Assembly: GCA_038087875.1 (NCBI GenBank)
Contig: CM075998.1
Coordinates: forward strand, 434,001 to 498,000
Source: Malacoraja senta
Taxonomy: Eukaryota
Direction of reading: 5' to 3'
DNA: 64,000 nt
The notes beneath the pieces are model-generated. The model was not told where the DNA came from. It saw nothing but the letters and a program-made list of their open reading frames with translations, and ran no database searches. Shown piece by piece: positions 12,734 through 24,597 of this stretch. Made by a program: the position numbers and the translations under genes. Positions within the stretch are counted from its first letter, which is position 1, and every line of letters begins with the position of its first letter.

Positions 12734-14164
12734 CATCAGGAAAATGTCTTTGGTTGATTTTTGTATCTTTCCATGTGTGGGAGGGAAAATGTGGGGTTGT
12801 GGATGGGAAGACGTTTGTGTTTGGTTGGTATCTAGAAACGAGAAACTAGATGCTGGTTAATACACATAAGGGCGCGGAGTACTGGAGTAACACCAACGGC
12901 AGCATCTCGGGAGAAAACAGGTGACGTTTCGGGCCGACTGTTCCTCAAGACTTGACGTTATGGGTCGAGACCCATCTTCAGATTCGTGTTTGAAACTGTT
13001 TGGTTGTGATAGGAGGAATTTCCTTGTGCAATCTTTGTAATGTTTGAATATAGGGTCTGTGGTTAGGTGACCCATCTACCTTCTGATGTCAGGAATGCAA
13101 ATAAGTTGTTTTGTCTGCTATAACATTGCATATCTAAATTCATTCTTTATTTTCCTGTGGTGATACAACATGCATTGATAATTATGATAGATTGTGGACA
13201 CATTTCTGTTGCACTAATACCCAGTATTGCTGTTTGTTTAGTGACCAAAAGATTCTTTGGGTGGTGGTTTTAAAAAGTTGGATCTCCACAGAATGACGCA
13301 ATTGTTGCGGATGTTTGCACTTTGAGCATCTCCTTGAATTGCTTTCTCTGTGCACTTGATAATCTCCTTATGATCTAACTCTAAAGATAATGCTTTATGA
13401 ATCTGGGGTTGGGGATGCAGACAACATGTCCTGCCCAATGCAGCGGACCAAGGGTCCATTTGGAGAGGTTGGCCTGGGAAAGGAGACGACAATTGGTTCA
13501 TCTGCAGCATCTAACACAAAGCCTTTTTTTTGGTGGGGATGCAGTACTGTCAATATTGGCATCCATTACTCATCTGCAAATAAGCTGGAGTAACTCTCAT
13601 GATTAGACAGCAACTGATCTGTTCTGTATTTATGCCTACAATATTCTGTTGTGCTGCAGCAAGCAAGGATACATGACTGCAGCACAACAGAATATTGGGA
13701 TACATGACAATAGACTCTCTTGACTTGACTTGACTCTGGAGAACATGGATAGGCAATGTTTTGGGTTGGGATCCTTCTTTAGATCACTGCAGGGTCCTGA
13801 TCTGAAACATCACCTATCCATGTTCTCCAGAGTTACATTACTCATCCTGAGTTGGTCCTTAAAGGTTGCAATTATGACCTCAGGAAAGCACTTGACTGGG
13901 AGTAGAAACTTGAAACTTCCAAGACATGTAAATCAAAAGTAAAGAGGGCCGTGTGGAATTAGGAGGAGAACCCTTGGGGAGTGTGTGTGGCATGTTATGT
14001 TGATTGTAAGATCCATCAGGAATGCATATTTAAACGTGGCAGCAAGTGCACCTTAAATAAAATGGACTGCTTGGAGATTTAAATGAGAGTTGCCTAATAA
14101 TATTTTGCAATGAATTCCTTCCTGGACTGCCATTAGTCATGGGCTAATACTTTGAGCAGCTTAT

Positions 14165-14720
14165 TGAAATGGCTGGCCGCCGGGGCGGGCGCCCCCCAGC
14201 GCCCTGCTGCAGGACTGCCACCCGGGCCATGGCTGGCCGCCGGGGCGGGCGCCCCCCAGCGCCCTGCTGCAGGACTGCCACCCGGGCCACACCGCCGCGT
14301 GCAGGCTTTGTTCTCGCGGATGACGTCCATTCCGGCTCACACCGGAAATGGAGCTGGCACCCGCCCCGACGCTCTGAGAAAGTGGCTGAACGGCGCTCGC
14401 CTGGAAACACAAACGGCGAAAGTCTCACACGAGCGGAGCTGGCGGCCGCTCGGCGGCCGGCGCCTGTCACTTGCGTTGCGTGAGAGCAGCGGCGCCCGGG
14501 AGTCGAGGTGAGTTCCACGCCGTTACATTCTGACAATCGGACCTGATAAACTGAATCTAAACAGAAAGGGGGAGGGGCGCGCGGGCGCGTCAATCATCCC
14601 TGTGGGACACGCTGACTGACAGCAACGCCAGCCAATGGCTGCAGGGCCTGTCTCCCCCGGCAAGCGCTGCAACCAATGAGCGCGCAGAGGAGGCGGGCGC
14701 CTGAAGGGGCGGTTTCGTTT
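14165..14720 (+). promoter_or_regulatory. CpG island / DNAJC14 promoter, with probable non-coding exon 1 ending at 14507
   Basis: GC/CpG-rich island. CRE-like TGACGTC (14321), ETS-like TTCCGG/CCGGAA (14330-14347), TCTCGCG (14312), GC boxes, CCAAT (14632, 14673), strong donor GAG|gtgagt at 14507/14508. Lies upstream of the DNAJC14 acceptor at 25195. Confidence 0.75.
14169..14288. repeat. Perfect 2 x 60 bp tandem duplication in the promoter
   Basis: 14169-14228 is identical to 14229-14288. Confidence 0.97.
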
Positions 14721-16421
14721 CCTCACCATTAGCTTGTAAATAGCCCCATTGCCAAAGGAGCTGAATTTGTTACAACCACCACGTATCTTTCCAAGATCAA
14801 TTCATAATCATCTTTTGGTTGGGGCAATGGTTTTCTTTAGTGATTAGTCCGAGGTATCTAAATAAAAATTTCAAGCAGATTGGTTCAAGATTTTTTTTAA
14901 ATGCTGTAATTTTATAACTTGCCAATCAATTTATTGAAGTTGATTTTATTGACTCTTTCCCCACCCCAGGTTTTATATTTCAACATTGCTATATTTTGGA
15001 GCCAAATGTAATGTTTGGGAAATTAAAAAAAATAAAACATGAGATAAACTGATTATGTCATGAGCTAAGAGGCATAATAAGTCATTAGTGATATTACCGC
15101 TGTTAAACTACTGTAGATGTGACAGTGGTAAAAATGGCATTATCCCATCTCAGCTTGCCATGGGATAATGTTAAATTTGCTAGGTCAGCATGAGATTGTT
15201 CTAAGAGTAGATTAGAAAGTAAAACTGATAGCGCGCCACTCGTAATACTGCATCAGAATCACTTATTTCTGCTCCATGTTCATATTCACATATTCCTCTT
15301 TGGTTCCTGTGGTTTTAAAGTGCATCAAGCTGTTAGCATTTGGGGATGAAGCAAGGTGAAGATAATTTCTGTATTTATAGTATGGTAATAGATCTATTCA
15401 CGATTATAATTTAAAAAGTAACTAGCCTATTGACAGAAATGAAACTGAAAATACATTTCAAACATTGGATGTTTTCTCCTTACCATTTTGTGTGTTTAAA
15501 CATTTCCTTGTGCTGAAATGGTTAATGGCATGTTATCAGCTTTCCTTTTGTACATGGTTGCTATTATTATTTAACTACTGGCAAGCCTGCAGATACACGC
15601 AAAGCTAAATTATTTTAATATGTTTTTGTATCTTTTGGAGAAAACATGGTAGAAGTAACTTGGAGGGCAATAAATTGAGGCATGAGGGTATATTCTAACA
15701 GCCTCATCCTTTTTGCACTTTGGTAGCAGTTAAAAAAAATATTGTATAGAGACATAATAGTGGTTTTACTGTGACTTGCATAAGGATTTTTTTTAATGTG
15801 GATGCGTTTAACTATTTGTTCCCACTGGGATATATGTAAAATCCTCAAGCTGTATATACCTGAATTGCAGAAAGTGCTAATAATACAAGAATCTGTTTGA
15901 ATGCAATATGTATCTGCAGAGGTTATAGAATGCAAGGATGAGCACTGGTGATTACAGCTCTGTAGTGAGAAGAGGAGGTTGGCACATTGACATAACCAAA
16001 GTGAATGTTACCTCTCTTGCTCCATTCTAACCACCACAAAGTATGTGCCATTCTTGACCACTGTTAATCAGTCAGCATGGATCATCTGAAAGGAGTGTTA
16101 CTTGATTATCAAACTGATCTAAAATAAACCTGTATAAACTTCTTAATGTGGATGTAACACAAATAGATGTGGTGTGAAGACTGTTGTTTTATCTTGGGGA
16201 TCATTGGCTGTTTATCAATCAATTAAATTCTGTTGTTTTGGTTTAGGATGTCCCTTCAAGCAGTATTCCCTGGATACCTATTGTAAGCAATAATATTAAA
16301 CAAGGATTATCCAGGAACTGTTTCAATTACCCAAACATATCTCACCTTTCAATGGGATAACATAATTGAAACTTGCACTTATTAGTTTTTTAACATAGTA
16401 AAGCACATCAAGGATTTCATG

Positions 16422-16652
16422 TTTAAGAGGGAACTGCAGATGCTGGCAAAATCGAAGGTAGACAAGAATGCTGGAGAAGCTCAGTGGGTGAGGCAGAATC
16501 TATGGAGCAAAGGAATAGGTGACGTTTCGGGTCGAGACCCTTCTTCAGACTTCTTCAGTCTGAAGAAGGGTCTCGACCCGAAACGTCACCTATTCCTTCG
16601 CTTCATAGATGCTGCCTCACCCGCTGAGTTTCTCCAGCATTTTTGTCTCCCT
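16422..16652. mobile_element. Penelope-derived fold-back element with two intact hammerhead cores in opposite orientation
   Basis: 14-bp TSD TCAAGGATTTCATG (16408-16421 / 16653-16666). CTGAAGAAGGGTCTCGACCCGAAACGTC at 16560-16587 (+) and 16521-16548 (-). Confidence 0.88.
16560..16587 (+). ncRNA. Minimal hammerhead ribozyme core (Penelope type)
   Basis: CUGAAGA + extra A + stem II GGGU-CUCG-ACCC + GAAA + palindromic ACGU stem III + GUC triplet. Stem I is only ~2 bp, so activity is uncertain. Confidence 0.65.
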
Positions 16653-17965
16653 TCAAGGATTTCATGCTAATTTTATCAAACAACACTCGACGCTAAGTAA
16701 TGGTGGTCATAACGCACCATTAGTGAAGATGGCCAAAAGCATCGTTAAGGTACACAATCACATTTACTGAGTACATCAGTACACAAGAGCATCTTAGAGG
16801 GAAATCCAAACAAATAGAAATGATTTATATTATCTTGCATCCCTTTTCAGGATGTTCTAAAGTGTTTTATAGCTAATAAAGTCCCCTTTGAAATGTCTTA
16901 ATTGTTGTAAAGAATCGTTAACTTAATTTAGTGAGCTGACCACATTAGTTAAAGGATTTGAATCAGCATAACACAATTAAAACTTTACCAGTTATAAAAT
17001 ATAAAATATAAATGTTCTAAGCTTTCTTAACCTTTTGGAAAAACAGATTGAAAAGAACAATTGGAATTTATATTTTTGTATCTCTGCTTGTATCTCTGCT
17101 TGGTGAAAACAATTCCATAAAGCCTGTAAAGCATCTACATTTTAAACAAATGTCGTTATTTGACAAATGTCGAGAGTTGTAATGAAATCTTTATCAGGCT
17201 AATATTATTCAGTCGGAGTCCAATTAAATTTTTTGTTAGTGTTTTTTGTTTAAATGTAATTATTTTAAATTCTCAAGTTGAAAGTAAAACTCGATTTATG
17301 ATGGATGGATACTTTCCTTAAAACGAGATGTGCACACCTGCGTGTAGCTGTGCAGTTCCCTAAGTGATATGATGGCATTGTTTTGCAATTTTCCCAGATG
17401 AATAGAGACTGTTGAGGAAGAAATGAAGTTCAGTGTCAACCAAAATTGTGTCCAAAAATTCTGAAGCATCTAATTGTGGAGAAGTGGTGCAACTTGCCAC
17501 CTCTCGGGCATCTAGAGTGGCACAGAAAAGTGTCCATGTGCTGTAATTGTAACAGATGCAATGACTTTTGAGGATGGACTGCTAATTACGTCATTCTCAA
17601 GGCCTCTTTGTACACAAGGTTAATCAAATATACTGAGTACACGATACAAAAAAAAGGAACATTTTCCCAGGATGGAAATGTCAAAGACTAGAGGGCATAA
17701 CTTTCAGTTTAATTTATTGCCACATGTACCGAGATACAGTGAGAAGCTTTTTTATTGCATGCTGTCCAGTCAGTGGAAAATTTATACGTGAGCAAAGTTT
17801 AAAGGAGTTGTGCAGGGAATGTCTGGGGTGGGGAGAGCTGTGTGGTCAACCAAAGACACGGGGAGACGAGAACAACATCCATCATGTCTAAATCCAATGG
17901 CACCCCTGCGCCCCCACATCACAGCCATGTTGCTCACCCTAGCCTGTCAAGCACCCGCTTTCCTG

Positions 17966-19530
17966 TAGAAACAAAGAACTGCAGATGCTGGTTTATAGAC
18001 AATAGATGCAGGAGGAGGCCATTCGGCCCTTCGAGCCAGCACCGCCATTCAATGTCATCATGGCTGATCATCCACAATCGGTACCCCGTTCCTGCCTTCT
18101 CCACATATCCCTGACTCCGCTATCTTTAAGAGCCCTATCTAGCTCTCTCTTGAAAGCATCTAGAGAACCGGCCTCCTCCACCCTCTGAGGCAGAGAATTC
18201 AACAGACTCAACACACTCTCTTGACTTGACTCTTGAAAAAGATACCAAAGATAGAAAGTGCTGGAATAATTCAGCGGATCAGGCAGCATCTCTGGAGAAA
18301 AAGGATAGGTGATGTGTTTTGGGTCGGGTCCTTTCTTCAGACTGAGGGGGGAGGCGGGAAGAGCTGGAGACGAGAAAAGACCAGGACAAATCAGGGCTGC
18401 CACCAAATTACCTCAGGCAAGGGTGGTGCCCTGGTAGGTCCATTGTTTGAAGGTGTGATCTCCAGAGTGATATAATGTGAACTGTGGAACTGGTTAAACA
18501 ACTAGGGTGGAGGAAAGGGAAAGGGGAAGGAGAGCAGAGTGTTTGTAGAAGTTACTTAAAATGAGAGAATTCATTTTATGCTACCCGGGCGAAATATGAG
18601 GTGCTGTTCCTCCAATTTGCATGTGGCCTCACTCTGGCAATGGAGGAGGCCCAACACAGAATGGACAGTGTGGGAAGGGGAGTTGAAATGATTAGCAACC
18701 GGGAGGTCCTGTAGACCTCGGCAGACCGAATGTAAGTGTTCAGCAAAACGGTCGCTGAGTCTACGTTTTGTCTCAACGATGTACAGGAGCCCACATCATG
18801 AACACCGGGTGTAGTAAATGAGTTTAGAGAAGGTACATGTGAACCTATGTCTCACCTGAAAGGACTGTCGGTGTCCCTGGATGGAGTCGAGGGAGGAGGT
18901 ATAACGACATGTGTTGCATCTCCTGCGGTTGCAGGGGAAAGTACCTGGAGAGGGGGTGGTTTGGTTGGGAAGGGATGGAATCGGTGACCCAAGTAGTTGC
19001 AGAGGGAGTGGTCTTTATGGAAGGCGGAAAGGGATGGAGATGGGAAGATGTGATTAGTTGGGTGATCGCGTAGGAGGTGTTGGGAGTCAGAGGATAATGT
19101 AATTGAGGTGGAGGCTGGTGGGGCAAAAGGTGTGGACCAGGGAAACTCTGTCCTGGTTGCATCTAGTGGGAGGGGGAATGAGAGCAGAACGAAGGGACAC
19201 AGGAGATGAGTGTGAGGGCCACATTTGTGACAATAGGGGAGAACCCATGTTCCCTGAAGAATAAGAACATCTTGAATGTCCTAGTATGGAACACCTCTAT
19301 CTGGGGATAGACACAAAATGCTGGAGCAACTCAGCGGGTCAAGCAGCATCTCTGGAAAAAAGCCTTTTGTAAAGAGAATTCGTCTTTTCTCCAGAGATGC
19401 TGTCTGACCCACTGTGTACTCCAGCACGTTGTGTCTATCTTCGGTATAAACCAGAATCCTCAGTTCCTCCCCACGTCATCTGGGGAGCAGATGTGGTTGA
19501 GACGGAGGCATTGAGAGTAGGCTCAGTATG
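17966..19530 (-). mobile_element. Penelope-like retroelement 3' fragment (GIY-YIG endonuclease region plus terminal repeat), with nested insertions
   Basis: Minus strand shows decayed GLLYIxETKRRLSDRFAEHL...LPVANHFNSPSH...GLLHCQSEATCKLEEQHLIFR coding at ~18585-18830, followed 3' by the terminal repeat (18240-18345). Interrupted by a CR1 tail (~18001-18200) and a fold-back copy (19308-19477). Confidence 0.8.
19308..19477. mobile_element. Fold-back element nested inside the Penelope fragment
   Basis: Inverted arms; 9-bp TSD ATCTGGGGA (19299-19307 / 19478-19486); central core deleted. Confidence 0.75.
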
Positions 19531-20270
19531 GAGAGGCAGCCTCTCCATCTTGGGCACTGGAGCAGTTCATTACTGCAGGAGTGCCAGTAGGTGGGCAGGG
19601 ATTTGCATCAGAGTTCCAGCCCAAGAACAGCAACAGGGCAGGCAGCATTTCATGCCAGGTTCCCAGCACAACAGCGTGCAGCCTGAGTGGATGCCTTTTT
19701 TAAAGTACAGAGTGTGTTTACTGTGAGTGTTTGGATGGGAAGGCCAAGAAGACTATAGGAAATCTGTGCTCTGCAGGATGGCCATAGTAGAGTACAAGCA
19801 AAATTTAGAAATGCCACAAAATGCAGGAGTAACTCAGCAGGTCAGGGAACATCTCTGGAGAACATAGATAGGTGACGTTTTTGGTCGAAACCCTCATTCA
19901 GATTTCAATAGAGATGCCACTACAGTTATTCAGGAATCACAACATCCAAGTTGTGCGCAAGAAAATAACATTTTACAGTGATCTTGTTTGAATGGTAAAT
20001 ATTGATCAGGGTACTGGAAAATCTTTCCTGCTCTTTAACCAGTGGTTTTCAGATCTTTTGTACCTCCACTTTGATTTAATATGTTATCTGAAAGATACTG
20101 TTTCTGCCATGCAGCACTGAAATGTTGGTCTATATTGTGGCGTCAAGGCTGAAATGGGCCGTGAATTGACTTGGTTGAGAAATGTACCTGTGGTGGCACC
20201 AAGAGAAGCTGAAGAAATTTCCAGGTGTCGGAGCACTATCGGTAACATGCCTCTGTATACATAATAGATA

Positions 20271-22490
20271 CATAGATACATAGAAAATAGGTGCAGGAGT
20301 AGGCCATTCGGCCCTTCGAGCCTGCACCGCCATTCAATATCATGGCTGATCATCCAACTCAGTATCCCATACCTGCCTTCTCTCCATACCCCCTGATCCC
20401 CTTAGCCACAAGGGCCACATCTAACTCCCTCTTAAATATAGCCAATGAACTGGCCTCAATTACCCTCTGTTGCAGAGAGTTCCAGAGATTCACCACTCTC
20501 TGTGTGAAAACGTTTTTCCTCATCTCGGTCTTAAAGGATTTCCCCCTTATCCTTAAGCTGTGACCCCTTGTCCTGGACTTCCCCAACATCGGAACAATCT
20601 TCCTGCATCTAGCCTGTCCAACCCCATAAGAATTTTGTACGTTTCTATAAGATCCCCTCTCAATCTCCTAAATTCTAGCGAGTATAAGCCAAGTCTATCC
20701 AGTCTTTCTTCATATGAAAGTCCTGACATCCCAGGAATCAGTCTGGTGAACCTTCTCTGCACTCCCTCTATGGCTATAATGTCCTTCCTCAGATTTGGAG
20801 ACCAAAACTGTACGCAATACTCCAGGTGTGGTCTCACCAAGACCCTGTACAACTGCAGTAGAACCTCCCTGCTCCTATACTCAAATCCTCTTGCTATGAA
20901 GGCCAACATACCATTCGCTTTCTTCACTGCCTGCTGCACCTGCATGCCTACTTTCAATGACTGGTGTACCATGACACCCAGGTCTCGCTGCATCTCCCCA
21001 TTTCCTAATCGGCCACCATTTACATAATAGTCTGCCTTCCCGTTTTTGCCACCAAAGTGGATAACCTCACATTTATCCACATTATACTGCATCTGCCAAA
21101 CATTTGCCCACTCACCCAGCCTATCCAAGTCACCTTGCAGTCTCCTAGCATCCTCCTCCCAGCTTAGTGTCATCCGCAAACTTGGAGATGTTGCTTTCAA
21201 TTCCCTCATCCAGATCATTAATATAAATTGTAAATAGCTGGGGTCCCAGCACTGAGCCTTGCGGTACCCCACTAGTCACTGCCTGCCATTGTGAAAAGGA
21301 CCCGTGTACTCCTACTCTTTGCTTCCTGTTTGCCAGCCAGTTCTCTATCCACATCAATACTGAACCCCCAATACCGTGTGATTTAAGTTTGTATCCTAAT
21401 CTCTTATGTGGTACCTTGTCGAAAGCCTTCTGAAAGTCCAGATACAACACATCCGCTGGTTCTCCCCTATCCACTCTACTAGTTACATCCTCGAAAAATT
21501 CTATAAGATTTGTCAGACACGATTTACCTTTCGTAAATCCATGCTGACTTTGTCCAATGATTTCACCACTTTCCAAATGTGCTGCTATCCCATCTTTAAT
21601 AACTGACTCTAGCAGTTTCCCCACTACCGATGTTAGACTAACTGGTCTGTAATTCCCCGTTTTCTCTCTCCCTCCCTTCTTAAAAAGTGGGGTTACGTTT
21701 GCTACCCTCCAATCCTCAGGAACTACTCCAGAATCTAAAGAGTTTTGAAAAATTATCACTGTTGCATCCACTATTTCTGGAGCTACTTCCTTAAGTACTC
21801 TGGGATGCAGCCTATCTGGCCCTGGTGGTTTATCGGCCTTTAATCCATTCAATTTACCCAACACCACTTCCCGACTAACCTGGATTTCACTCAGTTCCTC
21901 CATCTCCTTTGACCCACGGCCCCCTGCTATTTCCGGCAGATTATTTATGTCTTCCTTAGTGAAGACGGAACCAAAGTAGTTATTCAATTGTGTTAAAGAA
22001 GGAACTGCAGATGCTGGAAAATCGAAGGTACACAAAAATGCTGGAGAAACTCAGCGGGTGCAGCAGCATCTATGGAGCGAAGGTGCTGCTGCACCCGCTG
22101 AGTTTCTCCAGCATTTTTGTGTACCTTAGTTATTCAATTGGTCCGCCATATCCTTGTTCCCCATGATCAATTCACCTGTTTCTGACTGCAAGGGACCTAC
22201 ATTTGTTTTAACTAATCTCTTTCTCTTCACATATCTATAAAAACTTTTGCAGTCAGTTTTTATGTTCCCTGCCAGTTTCCTTTCATAAGCTATTTTCCCT
22301 TTCCTAATTAAACCCTTTGTCCTCCTCTGCTGGTCTCTGAATTTCTCCCAGTCCTCTGGTATGCTGCTTTTTCTGGCTAATTTGTACGCATCATCTTTTG
22401 CTTTGATACTATCCCTGATTTCTCTTGTTATCCACGGATGCACTACCTTCCCTGATTTATTCTTTTGCCAAACTGGGATAAACAATTAAT
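20271..22490 (-). mobile_element. CR1-clade LINE, 5'-truncated, ORF2 reverse-transcriptase region
   Basis: ORFs 22126-22485, 21145-22035 ([58 protein letters not shown]), 20553-21272 and 20359-20589. Frameshifted; 3' UTR with short tandem tail near 20270. Confidence 0.95.
21991..22126. mobile_element. Short fold-back element inserted into the CR1 RT ORF
   Basis: 14-bp TSD TAGTTATTCAATTG (21977-21990 / 22127-22140); inverted arms; hammerhead core missing. Confidence 0.9.
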
Positions 22491-23056
22491 GACTCGTTTG
22501 CGCTGATTTCATTAACATTCTTGTTCCTGGAAATTCATCCTGTGCACTGAGGTACTAATGCACACTATTAATGCAGTGGTCGGCAATTAAATACACCGTG
22601 GCACGTTAAGAACATAAACTAAAGCTATTGTAAGCTTTGCATTCCCTTGACTACCATTCAATGTCATCCTATACTTTTGTTTTCTCTCCCAATGCCCAAT
22701 TTCCTTTTGTGCCAAAATAAATCTCAAGCTTAAATACGGTTAACCACTGTGCATTCGCACCTTGCAAGGTGGAAAATTCCAAAGAACCACAACCTGTGTG
22801 AAGAAATTAAAGCCACAGACCATTGAGAGCTCTGATTCAGCGCACCTGCTTCATTAGCCAAGTTCAATAGGAGTGGCAGGGTGATCACATGGAGTCACAG
22901 AGAGATACAGCACTGAAACAGGCCCTTCTTCCCACAGTGTCTGTGCTGTCCATCAACCACCAATTTATACTAATCTTACGTTAATCCCATATTTTTATTC
23001 TCCCCATATTCCCATGCCGGTCATGTTGACATATTGGGCTATTCCTATTTGGCTCG

Positions 23057-23714
23057 TCTATATATTACTAAAACTCTCATCTTGTTTGTTTGTGAGTGTG
23101 TGTGCATGTGTGTCTATGAGTCATGCCCTGAATTACGCCAAAACGGTACCATTTTTGGACCACCTTACTCACAATTGTCCTGTGGTGCCCTGTATCAACT
23201 TTCGTTCAGATTGATGTTATACGTTACAAGTTATTCACATTTTTAACTTTACAAGACCCCACTTTGAAAATAATATTTCATCTGCACTGGCGGTTAGCAG
23301 CTATGACGTTACAATAGGATCTCATTTACATAAACTGCCCCTCAGCCGTGTTCCACTGGCAGATAGCAGTATATGACATCACAATGGGATCTCATTTACA
23401 TAAACTGCTCGTCAACAGTGTTCCACCCATTGCAATGAGACATTTGTTACATTGTTGTAAGGAGCGTGTGGGCGGGGAGGAGGAGAAATGTTATTTAAAC
23501 ATTGTGTTTATTGGGGGAGTGGGCCTGCCTATCGGAAAACACCCGTTCACCACCATCCGAGTCCTTCCTCCAAGCCAATTTGAATCTAATTCTTCTCTTC
23601 TTGGAATTCATGCGCTCTCCCTGCCCGCCCCTCTCGCCCTCTCCTCTGCCCGCTCCTGCCCTCTGCCCACTCCTCTTCTCTGCCCTTTGGGGGATCACAT
23701 TTTCTATCCCCTAG
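23057..23714 (+). mobile_element. Possible Helitron-related element
   Basis: 5' TCTATATATTACTAAAACT + (TG)n + TACGCCAA resembles the start of 41979-42364; internal ~55-bp direct repeats (23285-23340 / 23354-23410); CTAG|T at 23711-23715. No clean hairpin. Confidence 0.45.
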
Positions 23715-24207
23715 TCCACAGGAACAATTCCAGAATCCATGTCTTGGAAGATATTCTCAACACTAAAATGGGAATAAATCTAACAACGTACTGACAATTT
23801 ACCCCGTTCACCATTTTATCAATTTGGTTGTTTTTTCTAAGATATGGAGCTGTTATCCATCATATACCATTTTGCATCCTTTTTAAATCGTTAAATTAAT
23901 GGCAGCAAATTAATTTATTAGGCCACACGTTCACTGAAGAAATATTTTCCTGGCATTCTCCAGGATTCATTGTCTACATGCGAACAGCAATGAGATCTAG
24001 TTTTAAAAATCTCCCCAGTGCTGCAGCTTCCAATCCCAGTTGTACATCTTGGCCTGGTATAACAAAAACAAACAGTTGGAAAAGTTAGAGGAAAGGCACG
24101 TTCTAATTTGATATTTTCTTGCATAATCCAAACTTAATTTGTGTGTGTGTTTTAAATTCTGACCTCTTATGTATTGTGTGTTAATAAGCAACTTGATTGC
24201 AGCCCGT

Positions 24208-24373
24208 AGCCATAAAGATGTTAAGTTCCGGGATCAGTCTCTCGGCCTCTGAGAGTGAAAAACGAATGTGCTCAGCTGCGCTGAGAGACAGTTCCAGTGA
24301 TACCACCATCCCTTCATTCGTTTTTCCCCCAGAGGCTGAGAGACTGATCCCGGAACTTAACGTCTTTATGGCT
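24208..24373. repeat. Fold-back / MITE-like inverted repeat
   Basis: AGCCATAAAGATGTTAAGTTCCGGGATCAGTCTCTCGGCCTCTG pairs with CAGAGGCTGAGAGACTGATCCCGGAACTTAACGTCTTTATGGCT; arms extend imperfectly to ~60 bp. Confidence 0.9.
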
Positions 24374-24597
24374 TAACACATGTTCTCACTATAGATAAGA
24401 GGAAAATTGAGGGAATTGTCGTGAGATGGGTAAGAAAGCATTGTTTGGCCCGGATACTGTTACGTTTCTCTCTGACAGTGAATAATTGATGTGGAGACGT
24501 AATTGCAGTCTCCGGTCTTCATTATAATATAATGATTGTAAGCAAGCTTAAGATGTGAATTAAAAAAAGACACCAAGTGCTGGAGTAACTCGGTGGG

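Noticed and set aside
14133-14593. Overlapping ORFs in the CpG island
   Set aside because: Explained by high GC and the 60-bp duplication; no recognisable protein.
14523-14729. Minus-strand ATG|GTGAG suggesting an ATG-only first exon of an antisense gene
   Set aside because: No promoter-like sequence on its 5' side and no downstream minus-strand exons found.
16247-16282. Possible 36-bp extra 5' UTR exon of DNAJC14 (ttag|G...TT|gtaagc)
   Set aside because: Splice-like signals alone are too common; needs transcript evidence.
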